A stretch of 64,000 bases of DNA from Planctomycetota bacterium (lineage in GTDB: Bacteria > Planctomycetota > B15-G4), in assembly GCA_965248575.1 (NCBI GenBank), contig CBDFJQ010000002.1, forward strand, positions 4,608,001-4,672,000, given 5' to 3'. Positions 36,586 through 45,352 of the stretch are shown here, in pieces. Position numbers and translations under genes: made by a program. The notes under the pieces are model-generated. The model saw nothing but the letters and a program-made list of their open reading frames with translations. It ran no database searches and was not told where the DNA came from. The stretch's first letter is position 1; every line of letters starts with the position of its first letter.

Positions 36586-37809
36586 ATGGGGATGCCAGCG
36601 TGTTCACTTCTTTCCAAAGCGACGGTCGTCGGGCTCGTGGGGTGTTGTGTCTCAATAGGTTGGCTCCTGTCCGATGGGCAAGGGGAGTTGGCGCCGGCTG
36701 GCGACGCGCTCTGGACTCCCAGTCAGAGGGGGCGGATCGAGTTGCCCACCGAGGTGGCTTCGAGCACGGCCTTGACGGGCTCTCGTCCGGCGCCTGCAGA
36801 CCTTCCGCAGCTCGTGGAGGCGGATGTCACTTCCCTGACCGTTCACACGGCCAACACCCCATCGCCCTTGAGGCGTTTTCGGATCAGCGGTCGCGTCGTC
36901 GACACGGCTGGTCGACCCGTGGTTGCCTCCGTGAGGGGTTACCCGTTCGGCATGCACGGGGTTGAGAGGTACCCTGACGACTGGGGGCCCATCCAGGATG
37001 AGCCGGGATGGTTCGATGTGCTCGCCAATCTCCCTGCCGCGGATGTCATTGCATCCGACCAAGACGGTCGGTTCTCCTTTGAGTTCCTGGTTGTTGCCAC
37101 GACGGGGAAGGAAGAGTTCCTTCCTTGGAAGGCCTTCGCCAACGAGCGTATCTGCGCTTCCAATCTGTGGCCTACCCTGCTCGTGAGTCGCGAAGGGTCT
37201 GTGCCGAGCTGGGTGGACGTTAGTCGAGTGTGGGATGGGCGTTCCCTGGACGTAGGCGATGTACCTCTGCGTGCGTCGACGACCCTTTGTGGATGGCTCG
37301 TGGGTGACAACGGTCTGCCCCTGGAAGGGGCCCGCGTCTCTCTTCCCGCCGACGTGGAGCCTGACACGGTCTTGTTCCACGAGAACCCGTACTGGCAGTT
37401 CCGTATTTCGAGTGGGTGCGGCATGCCGTACTATCCGCCCCCGCTACGCGACGAGGGCGACACGGTGTTCTCGACTCTCACAGATGCGAAGGGGCGTTTC
37501 TTCCTCGATGCACCGCCAGCCGACTTTCTCTGGCTCAGTGTGGATTGCCGGGACGATCGCAGGACGGTCTTCCGTGTTCCAGGGTTGAACCTGCACCGAC
37601 GATTCTTGGACCTGGGCACACTCTCCCTGTCCGAGGGACGTGCTGTGGAGATGGAAAGGAAGGACCGCAAGCGACTGCCTAGTCCTCGCATCGTCCACCG
37701 TGTTTCGAGTCCCATGGACTTCTGCGGCGGCTCAAGCATGAGCACGGTTGACTCGAGTGCCTTCTCTATTCGGCCTCCTAGGGCTGAGTTGGCTGAAGGC
37801 GACAGCTAA
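36586..37809 (+). CDS. Carboxypeptidase-regulatory-like (transthyretin-like) repeat protein, possibly degenerate
   Basis: ISGRVVDTAGRPV, SDQDGRFSF, GWLVGDNGLPLEGARV and TDAKGRF; N-terminal hydrophobic anchor; start uncertain. Confidence 0.65.
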   Translation: MGMPACSLLSKATVVGLVGCCVSIGWLLSDGQGELAPAGDALWTPSQRGRIELPTEVASSTALTGSRPAPADLPQLVEADVTSLTVHTANTPSPLRRFRISGRVVDTAGRPVVASVRGYPFGMHGVERYPDDWGPIQDEPGWFDVLANLPAADVIASDQDGRFSFEFLVVATTGKEEFLPWKAFANERICASNLWPTLLVSREGSVPSWVDVSRVWDGRSLDVGDVPLRASTTLCGWLVGDNGLPLEGARVSLPADVEPDTVLFHENPYWQFRISSGCGMPYYPPPLRDEGDTVFSTLTDAKGRFFLDAPPADFLWLSVDCRDDRRTVFRVPGLNLHRRFLDLGTLSLSEGRAVEMERKDRKRLPSPRIVHRVSSPMDFCGGSSMSTVDSSAFSIRPPRAELAEGDS

Positions 37810-37898
37810 GGCTACGCCGCTGAGCAGAGAATGGTGCTGCACGCACTGGCGCGCGGCAAGACTGCTGATCAATCGGCGCTCCGGGGAACCACACGCGC

Positions 37899-38915
37899 TC
37901 AGAACGAGATGGCCAGGCCCGACGAGAGCTGGAAGGGCTGCTGCGGGAACAGGTTGTCGAAGAACACCGTCTGCAGCGAGAGGTCGATGCCGATCAGGGA
38001 GGTCTGGTGGGGCACCGGCCACGGGAAGGAGATCTGCCCTGCCGCATCCGCGGTGGTGGAGATCTGCGTGAGGATCTGGTCCACGAAGAAGATGCACAGG
38101 AAGGGGCTGGGGATGGGCGTCCCTTGGTGGCCGAGGCCGACGTAGATGATGGCCGGCGAGAAGGGAACCTGGTGCAGGATGTCGACGGTGAAGTCGAGGT
38201 TGCCCAGGGCTGGCGTGCCCGAGGTCATCATCGGTGGGAGCGCCAAGGGCGAGCAGGCGGGGAACAGGAACTCGGTGCGAGCGCTCGGCGTCACGTTCGG
38301 CCCGCCGAGAGTCGGCGTCACGTCGCGGAACCAATTGCCAGCGAGCCCGCCGCTGGTGCCGAGCGCCAAGGACACGTCGAGGTCCGTGGTGGGCAGAAAC
38401 TGGCTCGCTTGCAGCCAGCGGCCAGCTTGTACGGCAACCGTCGCGCCGTTCTGATTCGGAGCGCCCCACTGCATGAAGTCCACGATGTTCGCCGGGTCCA
38501 GGCAAAGCGCAGGTGGAAAGGGAACGGGTTGCCAGGAGCTGAGCATGAGCGAGCCGGCTGTGATGCTCAGGTTCGGCACGCCGACCGGGAGCCAGAGGTC
38601 TGTTGCCGTGTCGATGCCGCTGTCGCCCACATGCACACGCACGCTGCCGCCCGGTGGGACGATGAGGTCAGCTAGCTTCACGGACACGAACTGCTGCATG
38701 CAGAGCTGCAGTTGTCCCAGGTCCGCCGAGGTATTCCCGGTGTTGGTGATCTCGATGATCTGAGAGGGCGAGGGTTGGAAGGCGGGTCGCAACAGGACCT
38801 CGGTCATTCGGAAGCTGGGCGGGGCGCCCTGAGCGCTGAGCTGCGGGTCCAAGACAATTAGCAGGAGGGCGACGAGGGCGGAGCAGTGCAGTCGGGCTAG
38901 CGGCGAAGGGCGCAT
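37899..38915 (-). CDS. Secreted lamin-tail-like domain protein with divergent C-terminal domain
   Basis: Signal peptide; MTEVL..QIIEITNTG..DL, VDFMQWG and TPTLG; ends QLSSGLAISF. Confidence 0.78.
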   Translation of the reverse strand: MRPSPLARLHCSALVALLLIVLDPQLSAQGAPPSFRMTEVLLRPAFQPSPSQIIEITNTGNTSADLGQLQLCMQQFVSVKLADLIVPPGGSVRVHVGDSGIDTATDLWLPVGVPNLSITAGSLMLSSWQPVPFPPALCLDPANIVDFMQWGAPNQNGATVAVQAGRWLQASQFLPTTDLDVSLALGTSGGLAGNWFRDVTPTLGGPNVTPSARTEFLFPACSPLALPPMMTSGTPALGNLDFTVDILHQVPFSPAIIYVGLGHQGTPIPSPFLCIFFVDQILTQISTTADAAGQISFPWPVPHQTSLIGIDLSLQTVFFDNLFPQQPFQLSSGLAISF

Positions 38916-39202
38916 GATGGGGGTCTCGAGGAATCGTGGGTGGAGACACTCGGGTCGGCGGGCGGTAGCAGTCGACGCACCGTGAGGACGGTCGGACGTG
39001 CGGCCGGGGCATGAATCCGACACCTGTCGGTCAAGAGGCCTATCGCAGTTGGCACGGTCGGAAGGAGATTGACTTTATTGCACTGTGTTTGGATTCTTCT
39101 GTCTGGAAGAGGCCTCCCTGACGCTTGATCTCGGGGGGGATGTGAGAGTTGTTGCCGGCCACGCGCCGCGTAGCCGATCGCTGGTGTCCTGGAGGAATTG
39201 CC

Positions 39203-40678
39203 ATGAAGCCCATCGTCCTGATCCACGGCTACAGCGCCGAGAGTTCGGAAACCACGAAGAAGGCCATCAAGGGCATCTACGGAAAGATGCCTCGGGCACT
39301 CCGTCAGGCGTACGGCAAGGCAAACGTGGTCGAGATCGACCTCGCCCGCTACATCTCGCTGGACGACGGGCTCTCCATCGATGACGTCTCGATGGCCATG
39401 CAGCGTGAGCTCAAAGATCGCTACCCGCAGCTTCTGAGCGGTGGTTTCCATGCGCTGGTCCACAGCACCGGCGCGCTGGTCATCAAGAATTGGCTCCGCA
39501 ACCACAGTGCTCGGCCGTCTCCCCTGCAAAATCTCGTGCACTTGGCGGGTGCCAACTGGGGCAGCGGCTGGGCGCACATCGGCAAGACGCAGTTCGCGAA
39601 GTGGGGCCGCAAGATCTTTGGTGCCGGCGAGCGCGGCGTGCGCATCCTGCACGCCTTGGAGCTCGGGTCATCCTGGACGATCGACCTCCACACTCACTTC
39701 CTCGACGGTGCCAACGATCTGCAGCGGAAGTACGGTGTCTACGAGCACGTCGTCATCGGCACGCAGGCCGACGTCAAGTGGTTCGAGGCGCCGGTGCGCT
39801 ACGGCAAGGAGGATGGTTCCGACGGTGTGGTCCGGGTGGCGGCAAGCAACCTCAATTACAACTACGTGCGCTTCGTCCCCACCGACGAGGCCCTGGACCT
39901 GAAGTGGAAAACGGCCAGCAGCCAGGCCGAGCGTCACCGGGACCGCGGGCGGAATCGAAAGCCCTACTACCGCATCGCAAAGACATCACGGCCCGGTAAG
40001 CGTGGTCGCCCGCTGATCCCCTTCGCCATTCCCTACCAGTGCGCCCACTCGGGCGAGGACATGGGGATCGTCTCCAAAGAGCCGCCGAGCAAGCAGGTGC
40101 TGCGGCTCATCGACCTGGGGCTCAAGTCGACGCCAGCGACCTGGCAGGGCCGCGTGGAGCGCTTCAAGGACGAGACCGCGAAAACCTATGCGAGGGCGTT
40201 GAGCGAGCAGAATCCCTCCTGGTGGAAGAAGTGGATCTCCGAGCCTCGTGCTCAGTACGACAAGCACGCGCAGGTGGTGTTCCGCTTCCACGATCAGGAC
40301 GGACGTCCCGTCGAGCACTTCGACGTGTTCTTCGATTCGGTGGCCACCAAGGCGGACAAGTCGCTCCCCGTGCGGGAGCTGATGGAGACGCAGCACGTCA
40401 ACGGAACCACCAAGAACTGCATCTCCTTCTACATGCGCACAGACGCCTTCGATGAGGACAAGGGGAAGTGGGAACCGCGGATTCCGCACGTGGACGGTTG
40501 CCACATCGAGGTGATGGCGACCGAGCCCGGGACCGACGAGATCTGTTACGTGCCGTTCCGCTACGACTTCAGCGCCCAGCAGCTCGCGGAATACGTGCAA
40601 GCGCACCGCACCACGATCATCGACATCGAACTGATGCGCGTGCCGAGCGATGAGGTCTACCGGATGGTGACGCTCTGA
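39203..40678 (+). CDS. Alpha/beta hydrolase (lipase/phospholipase-like)
   Basis: GGAGG RBS; IVLIHGYS, VHSTG nucleophile, ANWGS, SDGVVR and AHSG. Confidence 0.85.
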   Translation: MKPIVLIHGYSAESSETTKKAIKGIYGKMPRALRQAYGKANVVEIDLARYISLDDGLSIDDVSMAMQRELKDRYPQLLSGGFHALVHSTGALVIKNWLRNHSARPSPLQNLVHLAGANWGSGWAHIGKTQFAKWGRKIFGAGERGVRILHALELGSSWTIDLHTHFLDGANDLQRKYGVYEHVVIGTQADVKWFEAPVRYGKEDGSDGVVRVAASNLNYNYVRFVPTDEALDLKWKTASSQAERHRDRGRNRKPYYRIAKTSRPGKRGRPLIPFAIPYQCAHSGEDMGIVSKEPPSKQVLRLIDLGLKSTPATWQGRVERFKDETAKTYARALSEQNPSWWKKWISEPRAQYDKHAQVVFRFHDQDGRPVEHFDVFFDSVATKADKSLPVRELMETQHVNGTTKNCISFYMRTDAFDEDKGKWEPRIPHVDGCHIEVMATEPGTDEICYVPFRYDFSAQQLAEYVQAHRTTIIDIELMRVPSDEVYRMVTL

Positions 40679-40768
40679 CGGTTGCCGATGGCGGCGGCGC
40701 TTCCCCCTGACTCTGCACAGATGAGGCGACCAGGCAGCTCTGATTCCTCAAGACGGGCAAGACAACGA

Positions 40769-40800
40769 CAGCGGCCCTTACGAGCCGCTGCCTTTGTTCT
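40769..40800 (+). terminator. Possible intrinsic terminator between convergent genes
   Basis: CAGCGGC-N8-GCCGCTG hairpin followed by CCTTTGTTCT. Confidence 0.35.
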
Positions 40801-40828
40801 CGCGATCGTATATGGGACCGGTCCCCGG

Positions 40829-41950
40829 CTAGAAGTCACCGACCTTGAACATGACAACGTCTGAGGTGCAATAGGCCAGGGCTAGTGGGTCCTGAATCTC
40901 GGTGGAGACCGCCTGGGCATAGAGCCGGATGGGCGCCAGAGGTGATGCAGGAAGCTGGACGCTCAAGGTCGCATCGCCGTTGGCATCCGTGATACCCAGC
41001 GGGAGCGGAATCCAGGGCGGCAGCACTCCCAAGGTCACAAACCCAAGAGGAGCAACACTGAGCTCGAACACCCCTTGGGCACCCGAAACGAGCAGGTAGG
41101 TGGAGGCGAAGGGCGTTCCACCCGTGAGCTCGAAGGTCACCATGCTGCCCGGCAGGCCACTGCCCAAGACAGCCAAGGACGAGCAGTCTGTCTCGAGCGA
41201 CCAGTTGAGCAGATCGTGGTTTGCAAAGCCCCCGCCAGTGCTGGCCGAGAAGCCGAAGTAGGCGCTGTCGCCCAGCATGTCCTGGAGGTCGACGGACTCG
41301 CTGAAGAGCAGCTGAACGGGCATCCCATCTTCGGAATACGAGACGCTCAGCTGATTCGACATGGCGTCGTAGGTCACCAGCACGTTCTTGACCAGTCCAT
41401 TGTCGATGGGCTGGTCAGTCGCCACGGCGACGACGTGGTTGGTCTTGTCGCCATCGAGAGTCAGAGCGACGTGATGATCATCGGGGTCCCAGCCGTTTTG
41501 GTAGATGTCGAACTCGATCACCACGCTGGGTGAAATGGCTTGCCCGTTGGGTGCGATGTCGGAGTAGCCGAGGGCTCCACCGCCAAAGCCCAGGGCCGTG
41601 TCCGCGCGTGGATCACTGTGAATCACCAACGCAAGGCCATCGGAGAGGAGCTCGATGGGTTGGGCACCAGTGATCTGGAACTGGAACTCGGATTCGAACC
41701 CCTGGTCGGTCGCCAGGGCTGTCTCCCAGAAGGCCGTGCCCGCTTGTCCCATGACCTCGGGCACGAGGCGCAGCACGCCGCCGCTTGCGGCAGCTGCGCC
41801 GTTGAGCGTGAGTCCGTCCGTGGAATCGAAGTTGGGGAAGTCGATGGTCTGCGCCGTCAGCGCAGAGGCCTGGAAGGAGGCCGTGAGGGCGAGCGCGGTC
41901 AGCAGTCGTACCCAACCGCGGCCCCTGATCCTTCTTTGCATGGTGTTCAT
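40829..41950 (-). CDS. Secreted legume (L-type) lectin domain protein with divergent C-terminal domain
   Basis: LTLNGAA..LRL, FESEFQF, DGLALV, IEFDIYQNGWDPDDHHV and YFGFSASTGG..HDLLNWS. Confidence 0.87.
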   Translation of the reverse strand: MNTMQRRIRGRGWVRLLTALALTASFQASALTAQTIDFPNFDSTDGLTLNGAAAASGGVLRLVPEVMGQAGTAFWETALATDQGFESEFQFQITGAQPIELLSDGLALVIHSDPRADTALGFGGGALGYSDIAPNGQAISPSVVIEFDIYQNGWDPDDHHVALTLDGDKTNHVVAVATDQPIDNGLVKNVLVTYDAMSNQLSVSYSEDGMPVQLLFSESVDLQDMLGDSAYFGFSASTGGGFANHDLLNWSLETDCSSLAVLGSGLPGSMVTFELTGGTPFASTYLLVSGAQGVFELSVAPLGFVTLGVLPPWIPLPLGITDANGDATLSVQLPASPLAPIRLYAQAVSTEIQDPLALAYCTSDVVMFKVGDF

Positions 41951-42422
41951 GATGATCTCCCTTGCTCATGTAGTTGACTGTTTGCCTGTCACGGACACTA
42001 CGAGTAAGAGGCGCGCCGTCCGATACGGCAGAGGCAGTAAGCCGGGAGCAACAACGTGTGATGAGGAGCTGACCTGTCGAGCGCCACGCACCTGCGCAAT
42101 CCACCGTGAATCCTCGACGCCTGTTCCGCGCTCTTCGCACACAGCGGGCAACGCGCGAACGCGCTGGCCGAGATGTCTTGCTGCGCAGGAGCCGTGTGCT
42201 CGTTCGTCGTCTACGCCATGTGGCACCCGTGCACGCAGACCTACGTCCATTGTGTCGCGCGCTCCCGATGCCTGACGTATGTCGCCGAAGGAGGTTGGGC
42301 GCGAGAGTGTTGTTGGAGATTCCAGAAGTCCCCTGATGGTTCCCCGATCATTCCCCCGGGAGCTCATCTCCAGACGGCCTCGTTGGCCGTGGGGCGGCTC
42401 TCTCCAATGAAAGAGGTCAATC

Positions 42423-43919
42423 ATGAACCGTTCCATCACTCAGTACCTGCAATACACTTTCGCCGCCTTGCTTGCCTTGGGGCTTGCGGCCGGCGTGGCG
42501 TCAGCCCAGTTCGAGAACGGAAGTTTCGAATCTGGTTTCAATGGCTGGATCGCGCAGGACATGGCGACCCCCTACTACCCACTGAATGTTGGTGGGGCAG
42601 GTATCGGCGCTGCTGGCACATTCGTGACCCAGCCGACTCACGGCTCCCTCGTGGCCTACAACGGCTTTGACGGTGGAGGGCCCGACATGATCTCCATCGC
42701 CCAGGACGTCATGGTCCCGAAGTCGGGCAGTCTGCTGCTGTTCGACTATGGCGGGGCTTGGTCCATCTCAAGTTACGCCTCCCAAGACCGCGAGTTCAGG
42801 GTGCTGGTCGAACCCAATGGCGGTGGTAAGGCCCTGCGTTCCTTCGACATCCTGACAGCAGCCAGGGGCACCTATAATTCGAACACCGGCTTGATTGCCG
42901 CGGCCGTAGACCTCGATGAGTTCAGAGGCCAGATGGTGCGAGTCAACTTCACTTGGTGGGTTCCCGAGTACTTCACAGGCCCAGGGTTCTGCCAGCTCGA
43001 CCATGTGCGCTTTACGAGCAAGAAGGTGCAAGCGCGGGACATGCTTTCACTCAGGGTCAAGCTGAACTTCCAACAGGAGGAGAAGGATCTCCTGAAGCTG
43101 AGCATGATGGTCCCTGTGCAGCCGGGCTTCACTCCCGGTGGGAAGAAGGCCAGCATCACGGTTGGCGATCTCACGAAGGACTTCATTCTCGACTCCAAAG
43201 GAAAGGGAGTCCTGAACGCCAATGTCCTACGTGTCCGAGCGGATAAGCATGACGAGACCCTGCAGCGGCTGACGTTGAGCTGCAAGAAGGGCAGCTTCGC
43301 AGCTGAACTCGCCGGCCATGGGCTGGGAAACTACGACACCGTGAAAGGAGGCCAGACGGCCAGTGTGCCCATCAGTGTCAACATGGATGGCATGACGACC
43401 AACCGCTGGATGACGGTCGTGTACAACGCGACGAAGACCAAGCGAGGCGTTGCTCGCGGAAAGACACCTCCTCAGTTGCGTCGATTCCGCTTGAACGTCG
43501 ACCTGAACTTCGCTTCGGCCGACAAAGACAAGGTCATCCTGCAAGGCTGGGTCCAAGCAGGGCCGGGCTTCCTCCCGGAGGGAGCAGCGCTCGACATCGA
43601 TGTCGGCCCCCTCTCAAAGAGCTTCAGCTTGGACAAGTCGGGTCGTGCGACGGTCGGCGCTGAGAGCGTCCTCCTACGACGGGACAAGCGGGATCCATCG
43701 CTCTACCTGCTGACACTCAAGTGCCTGAAGGGAGACTTTGCTGATGCCTTCGCCCAGGTTGGCATGCACAACGAGACGGTGCCGAAGCCAGGCACCAGGG
43801 TCAGTTTGCCCGTGATCATCACGCTGCCCAACGGCGGCGGCTTGAAGTCCCAGATCTTGCCCGATGTGAGCTACTGGGCGCGTTTCGACAAACAAGGCAA
43901 GGCTGTCTGTCAGTTCTGA
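42423..43919 (+). CDS. Secreted protein: N-terminal carbohydrate-binding-like jelly roll plus two tandem Lys-rich C-terminal domains
   Basis: Signal peptide; FENGSFESGFNGW..QLDHVRF; duplicated xxxLNF..KD..GFxPxG..VGxLxKxFxLDxxG..LTLxCxKGxFA. Confidence 0.82.
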   Translation: MNRSITQYLQYTFAALLALGLAAGVASAQFENGSFESGFNGWIAQDMATPYYPLNVGGAGIGAAGTFVTQPTHGSLVAYNGFDGGGPDMISIAQDVMVPKSGSLLLFDYGGAWSISSYASQDREFRVLVEPNGGGKALRSFDILTAARGTYNSNTGLIAAAVDLDEFRGQMVRVNFTWWVPEYFTGPGFCQLDHVRFTSKKVQARDMLSLRVKLNFQQEEKDLLKLSMMVPVQPGFTPGGKKASITVGDLTKDFILDSKGKGVLNANVLRVRADKHDETLQRLTLSCKKGSFAAELAGHGLGNYDTVKGGQTASVPISVNMDGMTTNRWMTVVYNATKTKRGVARGKTPPQLRRFRLNVDLNFASADKDKVILQGWVQAGPGFLPEGAALDIDVGPLSKSFSLDKSGRATVGAESVLLRRDKRDPSLYLLTLKCLKGDFADAFAQVGMHNETVPKPGTRVSLPVIITLPNGGGLKSQILPDVSYWARFDKQGKAVCQF

Positions 43920-44095
43920 GCATGAGACGAGCACGCTCGCTCTCTGTTCTCTCGACTCTCCGGGCGGGTCCAACGACCCGCCCGGAGACTTTCGCGGTCG
44001 TGACGACCGTGGCCCAGCTCCTCGACCCGGGCTCGGGCCTGACGCTGCCCGTCCATGCGACAGCCGTGCTGCCATGAGCTGAGCGTGTGGGCCAA

Positions 44096-45352
44096 TCAGT
44101 CGTCCAGGAGACCGCGGCGCTCGATTTCGGCCGCGAGGATCTTCGCCACGAGGGCGTGTCCACGATCCGTCCAGTGCCCGTCCTTGCGGTAATAGAGTTG
44201 ATCTTGCTGGGCCTCCACGATCGGGCCGAGCAGGTCGTACGCCTCGATGCCGACGGCGTCCAGCTTGGCGACGAGTCGTTGCTGAGGCATCGGGAGTGTC
44301 GTGAGCGGTTCTCGGGGTTTTCGCAGCAGGCGAGCTCGCCCACGCTCGTTGGGCCTGACGTCTGAGACGTAGACCTGTTGCTTGGTCGGAACGATTGTTA
44401 CGAGAAAGCGTTGGCCGCGGCGCTCACACAAATCGCGCAGGGCCGCAAGACTCTTGACGACTTTGGCGCTCGCCTCGGAGATCCATGGCGACCAGCGCTT
44501 CTTGTATAGGTCGGGAGGGTTGAGGTTCAGGACCTTGCCGGAATCTTCATTCGGTCGAGCGCGCACGCGTTGGGTGCCCTTCTTGCCCGGAGTCTCGTCG
44601 GCCTCCATCCAATAGTCCCAAACCTGCATGAGCCCCATGGCGAGGTGTGAACTTCGCACGCCTGGGATGCTGTACCGAGCGAGCGGCTCCTTGGAACGCA
44701 TGCGGTGGAAGTCGTCGATGCGTGCCAGGTCGCATTCGAGCCGAGTTGGCAGACCATCCGCGTCTGTCTCTGCCCAGTGGACGTACTCTGGGGTCACGAT
44801 GTCGTTGCCCACGTAGAGAGAGACGACCAGCGCGTCGGCTTCGAACATGTCTTCCTGCCTCAGGCCTACGAAGTAGCTGGGCGGCGCTGGTCCGAAGGTG
44901 AATCCCATGTTGAGGACCTCTGTGGGCTGATCCCGTTCGCCCAGGGCAGCCTCGAGCAGTTGGGGAAAAGCCTCGTGGGCCTCAACGCCCCAGCCGAAGA
45001 CGAAGGAGTCGCCGACCACCAAGATGCGCTTCCGTCCTGCGGGCGTCTCTTTCTCGACGTCGCGATCCATGCGCATTCCCTGCCCGTTGATGTGGATGGC
45101 GTGGTCGAACTCGGTGGACACGAGTCGCGTACTCGCGCCTGGTTGCAATCTCCATGGCAGGATGGGATCCGGCCTGAAGCAGCGGGGACTCTGCGTGTCC
45201 AGCCGCGACATGGTGGGCTGGGGAAGCGTTTGCGCGAGCAGCAGTTCGGCGCCGACCACGGCGAGCGCCAAGGAGACCAGGAACAGGCAAGCCTTGGGCA
45301 GCAGACGCTTCGATGGGCGAGTCAATTTGTCGGAGGGTGAGTCGGCGTTCAT
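44096..45352 (-). CDS. SGNH/GDSL-like (AlgX/AlgJ-like) membrane-anchored protein
   Basis: N-terminal TM; INGQGMR, VGDSFVFGWG, GND and DGHWTDRGH; ATGA overlap with the upstream gene. Confidence 0.87.
   Translation of the reverse strand: MNADSPSDKLTRPSKRLLPKACLFLVSLALAVVGAELLLAQTLPQPTMSRLDTQSPRCFRPDPILPWRLQPGASTRLVSTEFDHAIHINGQGMRMDRDVEKETPAGRKRILVVGDSFVFGWGVEAHEAFPQLLEAALGERDQPTEVLNMGFTFGPAPPSYFVGLRQEDMFEADALVVSLYVGNDIVTPEYVHWAETDADGLPTRLECDLARIDDFHRMRSKEPLARYSIPGVRSSHLAMGLMQVWDYWMEADETPGKKGTQRVRARPNEDSGKVLNLNPPDLYKKRWSPWISEASAKVVKSLAALRDLCERRGQRFLVTIVPTKQQVYVSDVRPNERGRARLLRKPREPLTTLPMPQQRLVAKLDAVGIEAYDLLGPIVEAQQDQLYYRKDGHWTDRGHALVAKILAAEIERRGLLDD

Noticed and set aside
39050..39065. TGGCACG as a sigma54 promoter upstream of the hydrolase
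   Set aside because: No GC at the -12 position (reads TGGCACGGTCGGAAGG)
41951..42422. Long divergent intergenic region as a riboswitch or ncRNA (GGCAAC..GAAC hairpin near 42146)
   Set aside because: Does not fit the c-di-GMP-I or other consensus I can verify by eye; an Rfam/Infernal scan would be needed
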